Origin: Octopus sinensis
Lineage: Eukaryota
Assembly: GCF_006345805.1 (NCBI RefSeq)
Contig: NC_043001.1
Location: 81,654,001 to 81,718,000, forward strand
DNA: 64,000 nucleotides
Reading direction: 5' to 3'
In this document: piece by piece, positions 61,947 through 64,000 of the stretch
Layout: the number at the start of each line of letters is the position of its first letter
Position numbering within the stretch: the stretch's first letter is position 1
Program-made: the position numbers and the translations under genes
The notes under the pieces: generated by a model
Seen by the model: the letters and a program-made list of their open reading frames with translations, nothing else
Told to the model about the DNA's origin: nothing
Database searches by the model: none

Positions 61947-61981
61947 CATTTGACAACGTAATCTGAATGCAAATGGGTTAA

Positions 61982-63056
61982 CCCTTTCGTTACTATATTT
62001 CTGACCAAATTACACCCCTTATGTGTTTCAATTAATTTCTAACGTAATCATAAATTTAGTCTGGTTTCATTAAACAACTATAACTTTTTTATTTATCGAT
62101 ATATTAATCTGATTTTTTGAAGATAATTTAATGAAATATTTTCAACCAATTCTATACTATAATTTTTGTCACAAAGTGACTAATTGCAGGTAGATACAGG
62201 TAAATTCAACAAAATATAAAATTATTAAAATTTGTTCAAACATCGCTATAAAAAATGGGTTATTAGCTAATATTCAATTGGGTATACAACAAAATTTTAC
62301 GATAGAATTTGTTATTCTGGGTAACTTTCTGATACCCATAATAATATTTATGGCAAAATAGGCCTTAATTTCATTTAAGGTTGTGGGAAATAACAAACTA
62401 TCGTTTCTTTCGTTTTGTTTACGTTTAGCGTAACGGTTCGTTTTCGCTGTAATGATTTCAAAATGCTCATTCGAAAAAGTAAATAGAAATAGCCTAAGGC
62501 TTTACCCTTCTGGGAAAGTCTGTGGCTTGGTCCAGTTTCTGCAGAAAAATCACCGAAAGAAACAGTTTTTTAAATTTTCACTCCATTCAGGTGCCAATTG
62601 TTTTTCTTTATCGCTATCGGAGATCTCAGATTCACTGTTTTCACTTTCGGAAAATGAAACATCAAATTCATTATCAAATACCATGTGCTTTTTTTTTTCA
62701 GTCATAGAGTTAGATTTATGAAGGTCTTCAGTAGAAAATCCTTCGAATTCTGACTCGCTGCTTGATATAATGAAATTTGTATCCATTTTTTGTCAGAATT
62801 ACAAATTTTGAAAACACAATAGGACAAATTTCGGAAAAAAAATCTCCCAAAATTCACGGAATTAAAATTACACTTCGATTATTGTACAAAACTGTAGTTG
62901 AACTGTTTACGAAGTATAATACATGTTTTCACGAATGTACTGAAGAGATTTACTCTGATATTCTCATTTAAATATGAATAGGTAAATTCGGGCGGCTTTG
63001 GTTTCATAAACCAAAATTTTTTTCGGGCGGCTTTGGGCGGTTTGGTAACGAAAGGG
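61982..63056 (-). mobile_element. Internally deleted piggyBac transposon retaining the transposase N-terminus
   Basis: TTAA TSD (61978-61981, 63057-63060) and perfect 12-bp TIR CCCTTTCGTTAC. Minus strand reads MDTNFIISSSESEFEGFS..SDSDKEKQLAPEWSENLK, then after frameshifts TGPSHRL..GYFYLLF..TNRYAK. Confidence 0.85.
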
Positions 63057-64000
63057 TTAAGCTTCCCTAAAAATGTGTCACTTTGTTCCAATGTTCAAAA
63101 TCAATTGATCTACAGAATATCATAGCTAGCCAAGCTTTCCCTTTAAACCTTTTGTTTTCCATATTTTTGTTGAAATAACTACCTTTATTTCAATTAAGTT
63201 TGAAAATAATGAAGCATTTAGGATAATAACTTTGTCGTTAATTAAACTGGCGTTTAAAACATAACATGAAATTTTAATGGAACGTTCTGGTTTAGATTAA
63301 TTTTAATGCTTGTTACCCTTTTGTCTAACCCATGCTAGCACTGAAAACAGACATCAAATGATGTTAATGATTTCTACTTAAACACATTGTCTTTGTTTTA
63401 GATTAATTTTGAAAATAATGAAAAATTTAGTAAAATAACTTTGGCATTATTAAGGTGGTGTTTTGAACATAAATTAACATGAAATTTTAATGAAAGGATT
63501 TTTAGATCACTTTAAAACAGCAAGTTTGTATCACAGAACAGGGCTGGCCTCAGATGGGTTCATACCGAAATGGTTAAAACCACAAACTGTTTCATCTCTG
63601 ATTAGCTCCAGACTACACAGCAGTAATTTTCATCCTCTTCTCATCACAAGTAATAATAATAATAATTGGTATAAAAGATAAGCTACAGCAAATATTCTGC
63701 TCAATACCACAGATTTGCTTGTCAGTTGTTTGACCTTAATCAGTTAAGCATGTCTCTTGGTGGCTGACGATATGTGCATCTCTGATCATGAGCAGAAGTA
63801 GTGGAGGAGCTTCATAACCATGTGTTGAGAGGAATTCTTTGTGATTTGAACAATTCACTTCTGGAAACATGTGTGGTTCATTCAACATCCTTAAACAACC
63901 CTTATTCAGGGACCTTTTGAGCAGGATGGGTTACTTGACCTGAAGAAAATTTTAACTGGACCCCACCTGCAAGGTCATGTGCTATTTATCTTGATATGAG

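Overview
AT-rich, repeat-saturated eukaryotic DNA with no prokaryotic-type gene array. The SINE, RTE and microsatellite repertoire resembles octopod (Octopus-like) genomes; this is from memory and was not searched. Most of the window reads as intron of a large minus-strand gene. Two well-supported coding exons are visible (38179-37958 and 30442-30375; His/Ser-rich, with an FPPPP motif), plus weaker candidates. Almost all short ORFs in the track come from microsatellites. Mobile DNA includes: a young 5'-truncated Tx1-clade LINE (intact RT and zinc-finger frame) and a second 3' fragment, both inside (ATT)n tails of one SINE family; several tRNA-headed SINE families, two variants of which share a 3'-terminal motif with that LINE; RTE and CR1 relics; a decayed Merlin (IS1595-like) transposase; a piggyBac deletion derivative and its MITEs; hAT, Tc1/mariner and foldback MITEs; a Helitron-like element; Penelope-like ends with hammerhead-like cores; and a solo LTR. 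The best candidate for an undescribed system is an (ATT)n-homing Tx1 LINE with partner SINEs that regenerate its target. Coordinates and alignments were read by eye. Element boundaries lacking TSD/TIR support are approximate, and not every SINE fragment is listed. Family names S1-S4 are my own labels.
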